Shown here: positions 1-10,300 of the stretch, piece after piece
Numbering within the stretch: the first letter of the stretch is position 1
Layout: every line of letters begins with the position of its first letter
Sequence record: NC_048779.1
Direction: 5' to 3' (one strand)
Length of the DNA stretch: 64,000 nt
Notes under the pieces: model-generated
What the model was told of the DNA's origin: nothing
Seen by the model: only the letters and a program-made list of their open reading frames with translations
Databases searched by the model: none
Position numbers and translations under genes: made by a program

Positions 1-3000
1 TTGAAGTCGTAGTTTTCTGTTCCTGCTGCTGTTGGTTTAACCAGTACGCGGAACGTCCCTTTGCTAACATCTAAGTCTAGGTAGCTCTCCTTACCACCCA
101 CAGTCATTGTCGCCTTAACGTAGTGGTCCAGTTCAGTCACTGGAACTCCGTCTACCGCTAATTTACCGCTTAACGTGTTCCATTCACCTACTACTAATGA
201 TTCCGGAGAATCCGCGTCGAACACTAAGTCGTTTGGCGTGACTGCCGGTTTACTTTCCCATGTCACCGAGAACTCTTGACGACCAGCGTCAGTAGTTAAG
301 ATGTAAGTCTTAGTTCCTGTTCCGCTATGCGCAAAGTCCAGTAAGTGGGATTTAGACTCACCAGTGGTTACACGGTTAAACAATACCTGATCCAATATTT
401 CCGGATCAAAGATACCTACCGTGGACAACGGACGAGGGTTACCGTCACTTGCTACTGCTTGAACACTGACTAACGCACGCTCACCTTCAGGTACTGGGTT
501 AGTAACCGTTAAGTTAGCGAATCCAGTTGGAGGTGTAAGTGGATCGTTAGCCCACCACTGACGACGTTCCTTAACAAGGTCACCGTACTTAGCGTAGATC
601 AAACGGTTAGCGTTACTTCCTTTCTGAGGAACGTTAAACTCAGCAATACCAAACTCGTTGGTAGTTACAGTTGTTAACAGTGTGCCCGATGCCGAATCCA
701 AGTGCAGAGCAATAGGAACACCTGCAATGCCCTTACCTGAACTATCTAAAGCGGCGAATGGTACAAACGCGGTTTGTCCCGGTACTGCATTAGAGTCAGA
801 ATAGCGCATGACCTCAATTGAATCCACTGGGAGTTTCCACTCAACAGTATGTCCAATACGAGCAACGTCTGGTTCCCAACCAAATTCGTAAAGCACTGGA
901 CCTGCTTCAGTTGAAGTGTAATCCAGACTCCAAGAACCACCCGGAGGAGAACGGAAGGCGTTTTGTGGTTCGCCATTAATGAACGGTCGTACTGAAACGC
1001 CATCGATCGGATCGCCGTATTGATCCAAAGTAACCGCAGTCAGTTTCACAGACTCACCAACCATCCCTTCGGTAGGTTGTTCACCAACCCACTCAATAGA
1101 GGTGAATACCGGTGCCGCTTCCTCAACTGTGATTGTGACCGATCCCAAGTACTTACCTTGATAAGTATGGAAGTCAAACAACACATCCCCTTCATCACTA
1201 AAGGTGTAAGCAAACGACCACGTACCGTCCGGTGTAACTGTGAACTCGTAGGTGTTACCCTCACTGCTGTTTACGTAAACCGTGATACTCTTAGCTGGTG
1301 CAATTGGATCACCAGCGCTATCCAAGATGGTGCCTTGGAGAGTATGTGTGGTAGCAACGTTAACCTGAGTAGGAACACTCGCATCCAACTTAACCGCTTT
1401 CAGGTCTTCGTTTTCCGCATCCCAAGAAATACCTCTGATAGAACCCACATTGCCTTCAGTAACAAGGCTGTAGTTGTAAGTACCATCTGGTTTGACTGGG
1501 AGTTCGATATCGAACGTACCATCTGCTTGAACTTGTGCAGAGTAATCCGTTAAGTCAAACGACCCTTGATCGAACACTTTAAGGAATTGTGGACCTGCTA
1601 ACGGTGTGCCGTCTTGATCTACAACTGTACCTCGTAGTGTTGCTGTTGTGCCGGAAGCCGGTTTAGTGTCAACCACGTAACCAGTTCTTGAAGTCTTACG
1701 ACCAAATCCAGCCGCGATCTTAGGATCACTACCTACCCAAGACAACGTCAAGGTATCTTGAATACCGCCCAACTTAGCAGTGATTACTACGTCACCCACT
1801 TCAGTGGCTTCTTTAGGCCAGTAACCAATGTAGGTCTCACTGTAGATGTTTTCAGTACCCAGAGGGTCACCAGAAACATCACCTTCATAGAACTCCACTA
1901 CACGTCCGGTAACGCTTTCTCCGTTCTCATCCACCACTCGGATTGATACATAAGCATCATCACCGACAACGGCCTTAGGTTGAGAGTCTGCGTTAAACAC
2001 CAAGCTTACCGTCTGACACCACTTGATGTCTACCGTGTCGTAAGTGTTTTCTCCGACCTTAAAGGTAAAGCTTTGAGTTTCCACTTGATCATTCGTCGGC
2101 TTCACGCTGAATGTACCGTCAGTATGAATCGTGCCTTGGAACTCAGTAGTCTCATCCAGTACCAGTGTGAACAATTCTTCAACGATTGGTCGGTAAAGTT
2201 GGTTCATGGTGTTGTACACTTTACCCGTTAATGAGAAGTCTTCGTTCAGACCCACTTTAACTGTACTAGGGACATCAAAGTTGCGTAAAGTACCCGCACC
2301 TTCAAAGAACTCAACAGCATGGGTCGCTAGGACTGTCTCACCATCTTTAAAGGTATATGTGATGGTTTCACTTACGTCATGAGTCGCATTAAAGGACCAG
2401 TTACCTTGTGCATCGATTACCGTTGGAAGAACATCGTCGTTTTTGTCATTCACAACATCCAGAGTGTAAATTCCTTCATCTGGTGTGAACGGTGTCCCGA
2501 TGGTATCCGTGGAGCTACCAAAGATCTCAACTGTGTCACCTAATAGACCGCGAGTGCCGCTATCAGGATCAATTTCGATGCTTGCTAAGATACCACTACC
2601 TCCCCAACGCGTCGTTTGACGATCGATGTTACCTAGTGTGGCGAAGATCAACTCATAGGTCTTAAACGGATAAGGACCTAACTCTACACTAAACGTACCG
2701 TCTGGTTGAATGTTGTCAGTCAGTACAGTGTTAGTCATCTCCGTCTTGTTGTAGACCGCGAGTTCACCGTTAGCGTAAGGATTACCGTCTTGATCTAAGA
2801 TCTTACCAGTAATTACTGCTTTGTCGTCTCCTACTACCTTCTCAGGCACCACTAAGGTTTCAAAGCGGTCACCGGTTAACTCAGGTGACTCTACCCAACG
2901 GATTAATAACGACTCTCCGGTCACACCACCGTTGTAACCACTCGACATCGTAAACTCAGGGAAACTTTCGTCATGGTTCCAAGTTACTTCTGCCATGCCA

Positions 3001-6000
3001 TTAAAGTCACTCTTAACGTTGACTTTATACTCGAAAGAGTTTCTTGCACCCGGAGTAAATGTCAGGCACGCGTCAGGCACTACGTCCCCGTTACCATCTT
3101 TAACAATCACCCCTACGGTTGCACTTCTTCCTTTAGCTGGCTTAGGTGTACTGTAAGGTAACAACGTAACGTTAAGTTGATCGTAGTAATTGATTTCTTG
3201 AGTATCAATCACCACACCGTCAACCTTAAAGTTGTAAGGATGTTTACCGGCTGGTTTACCTTCTCCCAACTTAGCAACAAATCGACCTTTCGGTGTGATG
3301 TAAACTGGGTGGTTTTGTGTGTCAGAAATTTGAGCTTCCACATAACCGGTAAGTACCGCGGTATCCCCTGACCCATCGATAGCCGTACCATCAATCCACT
3401 GATCAAGGTTGAATCGGATAAACGCATTACCACTGTTATTGAGTGTGTTGAATCGTGTTGGTTTAACCAACGCGGTATCCTCATCCCAAGTCATTGTGGT
3501 TACCATCGCCGCGTTTTCACCAAAGATCACCAATTCATGATCACCTGAGGTTTGTGTAGGAACACGGTATAGGTTGAAACGTTCGCCGTAGATATCAAGA
3601 TCACTTTCTATTTCAGTTAATACGATCTCTTGAAGTGTTCGCTTGTCAAAGGCACGAATCACAGCGCCAGTTACATGTGACTTCGTTTCCCATGGAGTAA
3701 CATTACCGCCCGGGTCCGTTGCGGCTGGACCAGACGCATAACTCATGTGTGATAGAGGACTGAGTTTAATCACACCGTCTTCACCATCCGCCACATGTCG
3801 AGTCGCTTCAAAACCATGCAGCTCTTCAACCACTGGATTTGTCACACCCCATTCAACAATGGCGTTTGCTGAAATACCTTCGCTCACAACAAAATAAGTC
3901 AGGTCACCAGAATTAGGAGTGTCTGGATTATCGTTTACCATAAACTCAACAATACCGAACTCATCGGTAGTTTTAGTATCCACCAATAGTCCTGTATCAC
4001 TTCCTAAGCGTAGTTCTATTGATTGACCTACCATTGGTTTGTCTACGGAGTTAATGCCGGCAAACGCAAGCGTAGCGCTTCCTGTTTGTTTAACTTTACT
4101 GGTCGAATAAGGAAGTGTACGGAGTTCTTTAAGTACGATAGGTGCTTCGGTCACAAACACCGTGCTAGGGATTACAGCGCTGTTCGTCGCAAACACCAAT
4201 TCGTTTGCACCAAGATCATAAGGACCGATGTTGATGTCAAACGTGCCATCGCTGTTGATGTTGCCGTTGAACATCTTTCCACCTAGAGTGGACTTGTTAA
4301 ACACCACCAACCACATGATAGAAGTGTCGGATTGACTTAAATTACCAACTAACTTACCGGTTACCTGAATAGGTTGACCGACGTAGGTTTGAGGACTGAT
4401 CACTAGGTCAGCGATTTCAATTGCTGAATTCTCAGTATCGGACGCCCAACGAATGGTGCGGTTGTCTTTTAAGTCTGTGCCGTTAATAAACGCAGTCACT
4501 TCATCTTGCGGTGTACTTGGTGTAGTAATAGTATCTGGGTTGTAACTTAAAACAAGTTCAGCCACACCAAACTCATCCGTTACCACCTTACCGTAATCCA
4601 CACCTGCGTCGTAAGTGTTTGTAAAGTTAACCAACATCCCCTCGATGCCATTAGAGTCAGCATCTTTCACCACAACAGCCAAGGTAGCGTTGTGGGTCTT
4701 CGCAACTTTGTCACCAGTGTAATTAGCGAATTCAATCACCGGGGAAGCGATAAACTCTACTTGGTGAACGTAAAGGTTATTGCCGTCGTCTAAGATGGAG
4801 TAAGTCTTAGTCTTAATGGTATCGGACGTTGCTTCAAAAGAGAACGACCCAGATGGCCCCACTTTAACTTTAACTGTCGTCGCATTCTCGTCACGGATGG
4901 AAAGTTCCATTTCTTCCACAGGACGAACAACGTTACCTTCACTGTCAATGATTGAGCCAGATACCGTAACCACAGTGTCAACAACTGCTGATGTCGGTGA
5001 GGTAGGGTCCAATTGGATACCAGCAGGTTCATTGGCAGTAGCACCACCCCAAGTTAATGACAGCTTACGTTGAGCATTCCCGCTGTAGAATACCACATCG
5101 TGGTCTCCGTCCGGCATGGTAGGGAAAGAAACTGAGTAAGTCCCTTTAGCATTCTCAGTGATTTCAGCAAGGTAAGATTCGTAGAAGAAACTGTTCAGAA
5201 CCACCACACCACAATCGGCAAGGTCACCTTTCGTTCCATCTTGGTTTAATGCTTCTAGCTCAATTGATAAACGCCCGCCAGTGTTAACTGGGTTAGTGTA
5301 ATCGAAGTAACCAAACTCACTGATTACGTCACGATCGTTCACCCACGTTATACCACTAGATTCCGTATTCGGACCCATAACACAACGAACTTCGTGATAA
5401 CCACTTAGTTGAACACCATCAATTTCTGGTGGGAGTGAATACTCCACTATCCCGTTATCGTCAGTTAGTTTCGTTTCCAGTTCTTTCCATTCCCCGTTTA
5501 CACGAACAGACAGACTTGCCGGAATACCAACTACAGGAATTAATTTGGCGTCTTCAATCAAGCTTGCACGGTAAGCAACTAACCCTTCATCACCAATGTA
5601 GATGTTCGGGTAAGAAGAATAGTTCAAACGTTCAGTACGTAAACCCGGAGGGAAACCGATCGCCCATTCTGTTGCTTTCTCTAAAGTAACACCAGTGGTA
5701 CCAAGAACAAGGTTGTGCTTACCTTTTTCTAACGGACCAAAGTCAAAAGAGAAAGTACCGTCACCGTTAACCGACGACATATCCACTGGAGTATGTCCTA
5801 GCGTGTGTTTGTCGAACACTCCTAAGCGAGACGGTTTAAACCCATTCCCGCCTTGATCGTAAATACGACCGCTAATGGTCATGGCGTTTACGGTGTCACC
5901 CACACTAGGGAAGGACATGTTACGGAATTCACTAGCCACAGAAGAACCACTGAAAGAGACTTCATGGTCAGCAGACTTGCTTCCAAACTCAACACCCGTT

Positions 6001-7322
6001 CTCACTGAGGTTGCGGTTCCGTTTTTAGAAACCGAAGTCTCCACAATACCGAACTCATCGGTCACGGCTTGTCCGTAACCATCCGGGTCCCAAGTTACAA
6101 TCTGAGCGTAAGGAATACCCTTACCTTCTGCATCGAGTAATGCAAAAGCGACGTCACCAGTACCGTTGGTGTAGAGTGTTGTGACAGAATAAGGAAGAGT
6201 CTTTAATTCAGCAGCAGCGATGAATTCACCTTGGTGTGTAACAACTTCTTCACCGGCGGTGTTTTTGATTATTTCCGTTACGGTTTCACCCACTTCCCCT
6301 TTAATGGAGAAAATGAAAGAACCATCAGGGTACATCGAGACCGTTCTTACTTGACCATCTTTGTCTTCTATCCCAATAGTGGTGAATTCAGTTGGAGTGT
6401 GATTACTACCGTCTGATTCTAAAGCTTGACCGTAGATGTTAGACCAACTTCCGCTTGGGTAAAACTTAGCATTCCCCATTGGGAGTGTTACGTCATGAAT
6501 GTCCGGATTAGGGAAGGTACCAGACTCTACCGTAAACTCAATGAACTGACCTTCGGTATACGCGACTAAGTGGTGTTTACCTTCCGGTAGTGAGTCGAAC
6601 GTATGTAGGAACCCATCTACATTAATTGATTCTTTTTGCGTAGTAACGCTTTCTAAAGTGTCTTTGTTAAAGATATCAATATCGGAAACCCATAATGGTT
6701 CACCGGCTGCATCTAAGATAGTGCCAGAAACACTACCACGTCCGATGGCATTGATTTTCTCAATGTATTTAAAGTCGCCGATTCCGAAGCGACCTTCTTC
6801 TTCACCATCTTCCCACTGCATGTAGTTGCTGTTAATGTTACCACCTGCTTTCGCAAAATAGTTGACATTAACTGGTGAGTTTTCACGAGGAGTTGTGTAT
6901 GTTGCTATACCAAATCCATCAGTTTTAACTGTCGCCACTGGCTCGGAGTTTTCGTCGTCGCGGTGGATGGTCACATCCGCATAGGGAACCCCATTACCTT
7001 GGTCGTCTTTTACCGCAAATGCGATAACACCAGTGTTACCAACTTTAATGCGGAAATTAGAATACGGCAAGGTTACTACTTCAGCTGTTTCAATGAAACG
7101 CACCGCGTGCGCACCTACATCTACTCCATTGTAAATAAAAGTGAAGTCGACCTGAGAGTCGACTTCAGCGTTCACTTCTAAGGACCAATGACCAGAATCA
7201 TTGGTCGTGATAGTCACATCAGGTAGGCCGTCCGATCGGACGGCCTTTAATGTGACGGGTTTACCCGGGTTTACTTCGTTGCCTTCAGCATCGAGTAAGT
7301 TCCCTCTGATAATACCTGCCAT
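1..7322 (-). CDS. Giant Ig-like (Big/invasin-like) repeat protein, >2440 aa, 3' end runs off the window; probable tail-fibre/adhesin-like virion appendage
   Basis: Not in the ORF track because no stop lies in the window. ATG at 7322 with AGGA SD (TAGGAAATAATAA-ATG), starting MAGIIRGNLLDAEGNEV. Segments I translated (1-60, 2520-2630, 5400-7322) are open in one frame and show recurring ~90-100-aa beta-rich modules (G.I.D..G...DG.F, TDEFGIV, H.V.W). Confidence 0.85.
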   Translation of the reverse strand, partial: MAGIIRGNLLDAEGNEVNPGKPVTLKAVRSDGLPDVTITTNDSGHWSLEVNAEVDSQVDFTFIYNGVDVGAHAVRFIETAEVVTLPYSNFRIKVGNTGVIAFAVKDDQGNGVPYADVTIHRDDENSEPVATVKTDGFGIATYTTPRENSPVNVNYFAKAGGNINSNYMQWEDGEEEGRFGIGDFKYIEKINAIGRGSVSGTILDAAGEPLWVSDIDIFNKDTLESVTTQKESINVDGFLHTFDSLPEGKHHLVAYTEGQFIEFTVESGTFPNPDIHDVTLPMGNAKFYPSGSWSNIYGQALESDGSNHTPTEFTTIGIEDKDGQVRTVSMYPDGSFIFSIKGEVGETVTEIIKNTAGEEVVTHQGEFIAAAELKTLPYSVTTLYTNGTGDVAFALLDAEGKGIPYAQIVTWDPDGYGQAVTDEFGIVETSVSKNGTATSVRTGVEFGSKSADHEVSFSGSSVASEFRNMSFPSVGDTVNAMTISGRIYDQGGNGFKPSRLGVFDKHTLGHTPVDMSSVNGDGTFSFDFGPLEKGKHNLVLGTTGVTLEKATEWAIGFPPGLRTERLNYSSYPNIYIGDEGLVAYRASLIEDAKLIPVVGIPASLSVRVNGEWKELETKLTDDNGIVEYSLPPEIDGVQLSGYHEVRCVMGPNTESSGITWVNDRDVISEFGYFDYTNPVNTGGRLSIELEALNQDGTKGDLADCGVVVLNSFFYESYLAEITENAKGTYSVSFPTMPDGDHDVVFYSGNAQRKLSLTWGGATANEPAGIQLDPTSPTSAVVDTVVTVSGSIIDSEGNVVRPVEEMELSIRDENATTVKVKVGPSGSFSFEATSDTIKTKTYSILDDGNNLYVHQVEFIASPVIEFANYTGDKVAKTHNATLAVVVKDADSNGIEGMLVNFTNTYDAGVDYGKVVTDEFGVAELVLSYNPDTITTPSTPQDEVTAFINGTDLKDNRTIRWASDTENSAIEIADLVISPQTYVGQPIQVTGKLVGNLSQSDTSIMWLVVFNKSTLGGKMFNGNINSDGTFDINIGPYDLGANELVFATNSAVIPSTVFVTEAPIVLKELRTLPYSTSKVKQTGSATLAFAGINSVDKPMVGQSIELRLGSDTGLLVDTKTTDEFGIVEFMVNDNPDTPNSGDLTYFVVSEGISANAIVEWGVTNPVVEELHGFEATRHVADGEDGVIKLSPLSHMSYASGPAATDPGGNVTPWETKSHVTGAVIRAFDKRTLQEIVLTEIESDLDIYGERFNLYRVPTQTSGDHELVIFGENAAMVTTMTWDEDTALVKPTRFNTLNNSGNAFIRFNLDQWIDGTAIDGSGDTAVLTGYVEAQISDTQNHPVYITPKGRFVAKLGEGKPAGKHPYNFKVDGVVIDTQEINYYDQLNVTLLPYSTPKPAKGRSATVGVIVKDGNGDVVPDACLTFTPGARNSFEYKVNVKSDFNGMAEVTWNHDESFPEFTMSSGYNGGVTGESLLIRWVESPELTGDRFETLVVPEKVVGDDKAVITGKILDQDGNPYANGELAVYNKTEMTNTVLTDNIQPDGTFSVELGPYPFKTYELIFATLGNIDRQTTRWGGSGILASIEIDPDSGTRGLLGDTVEIFGSSTDTIGTPFTPDEGIYTLDVVNDKNDDVLPTVIDAQGNWSFNATHDVSETITYTFKDGETVLATHAVEFFEGAGTLRNFDVPSTVKVGLNEDFSLTGKVYNTMNQLYRPIVEELFTLVLDETTEFQGTIHTDGTFSVKPTNDQVETQSFTFKVGENTYDTVDIKWCQTVSLVFNADSQPKAVVGDDAYVSIRVVDENGESVTGRVVEFYEGDVSGDPLGTENIYSETYIGYWPKEATEVGDVVITAKLGGIQDTLTLSWVGSDPKIAAGFGRKTSRTGYVVDTKPASGTTATLRGTVVDQDGTPLAGPQFLKVFDQGSFDLTDYSAQVQADGTFDIELPVKPDGTYNYSLVTEGNVGSIRGISWDAENEDLKAVKLDASVPTQVNVATTHTLQGTILDSAGDPIAPAKSITVYVNSSEGNTYEFTVTPDGTWSFAYTFSDEGDVLFDFHTYQGKYLGSVTITVEEAAPVFTSIEWVGEQPTEGMVGESVKLTAVTLDQYGDPIDGVSVRPFINGEPQNAFRSPPGGSWSLDYTSTEAGPVLYEFGWEPDVARIGHTVEWKLPVDSIEVMRYSDSNAVPGQTAFVPFAALDSSGKGIAGVPIALHLDSASGTLLTTVTTNEFGIAEFNVPQKGSNANRLIYAKYGDLVKERRQWWANDPLTPPTGFANLTVTNPVPEGERALVSVQAVASDGNPRPLSTVGIFDPEILDQVLFNRVTTGESKSHLLDFAHSGTGTKTYILTTDAGRQEFSVTWESKPAVTPNDLVFDADSPESLVVGEWNTLSGKLAVDGVPVTELDHYVKATMTVGGKESYLDLDVSKGTFRVLVKPTAAGTENYDF
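3949..3968. repeat. 20-bp direct repeat copy (acaataccgaactcatcggt)
   Basis: Identical copies at 6043-6062 and 7790-7809; encodes TDEFGIV. Confidence 0.85.
6043..6062. repeat. 20-bp direct repeat copy
   Basis: Identical to 3949-3968 and 7790-7809. Confidence 0.85.
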
Positions 7323-7332
7323 TTATTATTTC

Positions 7333-10300
7333 CTATTTAGTGATTAACGCCACACGGTTAGAGCTTTCATCAATCCCAACAGAGTCAAAATTAACAAAGC
7401 TTGAATCCCAGCGCACAACGTGCTCTGAAATTTCAGCACCCGTGTAAACTACTAAATGATGGTCACCTTCGTCCAAAGGACCTAGTTTAACACTAAAGCT
7501 ACCATCCGAGTTCACGGCATTTTCGTGGAAAGTATGAGTGGTCTTATCGTAAATACCTACCCCATTGTAATCAGTGAGCGCACCGGATTTATCCAATACT
7601 TCACCGACTGCTTCCACTTCCGCACCAATCTCCACTTTAGTAGGGATTGATAGGTCACGGAAAGAAGTACCTACTTTAACAGTATCCTCAACCCATGTTA
7701 GGTTATGGATGGCAAGTGGAACAGTTTCCCCTAAGATGCCGGTAACCGTATCACTTGATTTGGCGTCGTTGTAAGGTAACGTGACTTTCACAATACCGAA
7801 CTCATCGGTGGTGAGTGTTCTAGGAACGTTACCCGGACCCGGACTACCAACAGCCACTAACACATTACGGTATTGGATTGGTTGGTTGCCATCTTGTTTA
7901 TAGATCAACCAAACTTCACCAGATTCACCTTGAGGTACTTCGTCGAAAGAGTAAGGAGCAACCGTCACCGATGCGTTCTCCACCCATTCGATTTCGATGG
8001 AGTCGTCAATGACATCACCTAGTTCACGGTAAAGTGAGTAAGTGTAAACCCCTCTACTCTCACTAGTTAGTGTCATACGAATCGTACCGTCCGGCATGAT
8101 GTTGGCATCTGCCTGTGGCCCTTCATCTGTACGCACTGAAAGCTTCTCAGGGATGCGTGGTGTGTACAACGCACCATTGGACTGGTAGATCTTACCTGTA
8201 ACAGGGAGCTCTTCTCCGGCAATAACAGCGGTAGGTAGTTGATCAACATCCCACTCGATATACGCACCGGTGATGTCTGGGACCGCCCACTCGACCGTAT
8301 GAAGTTCGTTGTTCACTTCGTTGTAAAGTACGATGTCTTTAGTAACGAAAGTGTCATTGATCATGTACGCTGTAAACTCACCCGTAACCGAGTCTTGCTC
8401 ACGGATAGACACAGGGATGTGTTCGAACGTACTACGATCGTAACCACCCAGTATGATGCCCGTGCTAACGTTATCTGGAATTAACGGGTCACCGTTTTCA
8501 TCCAACATCACACCAGTGAATAACAACTCTCTTCCGTAGGTAATTGCAGGGACAGACATTTGCGTCATGGTTACACTGATGCCAGTCTCGTCGCTCCATT
8601 TAACAACTACTTGAGCTTCTTTCAGACCTAGTGAGGCGAAGAACACACCGTGCTTCTCGTCTTCTAAGTAAGGTGCTTCGTAAGTCGCGATACCATGCTC
8701 ATCTGTAACGATGGTTCCTAGCTGACGCTCAGGCGAATAGATGGTAGACGTTTGGCGAACATTCAGTTCCACACCCGGCTTACCTTTACCGTCTTCATCC
8801 AGCACGTACCAACCAATAACACGGTTCATGCCGTAAGGAACACGGAACAAACGATCGTCGCTTGGTAACGCCGTAACCGTTATGTCGCCAGTGAAGTTGA
8901 TGGTGTAAGAACCTACCGCGCGGTTGTTAGCAGAGAACCCGTAAGTTGTACTGCCTGATTTAATACCTACCGCTTTATAAGTCCAATTACCATTGCCGTC
9001 TGATTGAGCTTTCTCAATAGTACCCGCAAATTCCACTTCAAATTCAAATGGAATACCCGGTAAGTAAGCTTCATCATGTTGGTCGAAAGTTTTGCCACTC
9101 AGGGTTACTGACTCACCAACTTTACCCGTTACCGGTAACCCGTCATCAAATGTAATCTTCGCAAGGCGTGGTGGTTCACCCATCCAACGAATGCTGTGAC
9201 TACCTTGATTACCGTTTTCCAGACGGAAAGTAAAGGTGGTTTCTTCCCAGTCACCGTAAGGTCCAACTTCCGCTTCAAAGCGTCCATCGAAACCAGCGTA
9301 GATGATCGTCTCGTCGGCATCCTTCAACTCCTTCATGTAAACCGGAGTACGGCTATCACTTGTGAAGTTGTTGCCTTCTTCATCCACCAACTGACCCGCA
9401 ATACGGACACTCGTACCCGCCGGTGCTTCAGGGACGTTATCAGGACTCATCACGATGTCGTGTGCGATCTTAGGTGCTTCTGTCCACTCCACGTTGCCAA
9501 AGGCAAAGCTGTTGTCAGTCCACACCACCACTTGGTAAACGTCACCCGGTTCCTTAGGAGAACCTGTCAGCTCGTATTTACCTGCGCCTGCGGTGTTAGC
9601 TTCAGCGTAAGGTTGCCATAACGGACCGTAACCGATATTAACTTTAACACCGTCAACCAAATCACCGTATTGGTCATAAACCAAACCTTTTACAGATAAA
9701 GGTTCATTTCCAACAAACGACATGTCTTCCACGTCTAAGGTAATACGGTCACCGTAAGGTTCAGTTTCTACCCAACGGATTAGGTGCTCATGACGGTTAC
9801 CCATCACAACCAGTTTAAAGGTAGTGCGGTCTTGTCCTTCTTTACGGATGCGAGTAAGTAAGAACTTACCTGTTTCATCAGTCGTCTCACGACGGATAGA
9901 ATCCAGATCATCATCCATGTAAGAGAAGAACTCAGTATCACGCAGAGGTTGACCTTCACTGTTCAGCAATTGACCGTAAGCACGACCCGCTTTGTTGATA
10001 CTCACTTTAGTAGGAGTGTACGGGAAGAACTCACCAACTTGTTGTTCCGGGTTAGACGTGATGCGAATGTCTTTACTTAAGAAGTAATCCGGAAGTTCAC
10101 CAGCGACCTCAAAGTCAAACTCAAACGTTTCCGTTGCCCCACTCACACGTTCAGACCATGTGAAGAAACGGAACGTGCCGTCTAAGCCAATGTCGACCTT
10201 ACGAGGGGTTGTGTCGTGTTGAACACCACCTTTCACCAACATCTTAGTCAGACCGTCGGTCACCAACGCACCTTTCTGATCATAAACGCGACCAGAGAAC

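Noticed and set aside
746-7181. Many short track ORFs (e.g. 1020..1553 +, 746..1003 -, 4023..4286 +)
   Set aside because: Shadow frames of the giant minus-strand ORF; no SD, and atypical composition.
7323-7335. Amber read-through or stop-codon recoding fusing the two Ig proteins
   Set aside because: The 10-nt spacer puts the genes out of frame, the downstream gene has its own SD/ATG, and TAG ends other genes normally. Long ORFs are intact under the standard code, so there is no sign of recoding.
3949-7809. 20-bp repeats as CRISPR repeats or att sites
   Set aside because: Spacing is kilobases, all copies are in-frame coding sequence, and no integrase or cas gene is nearby.
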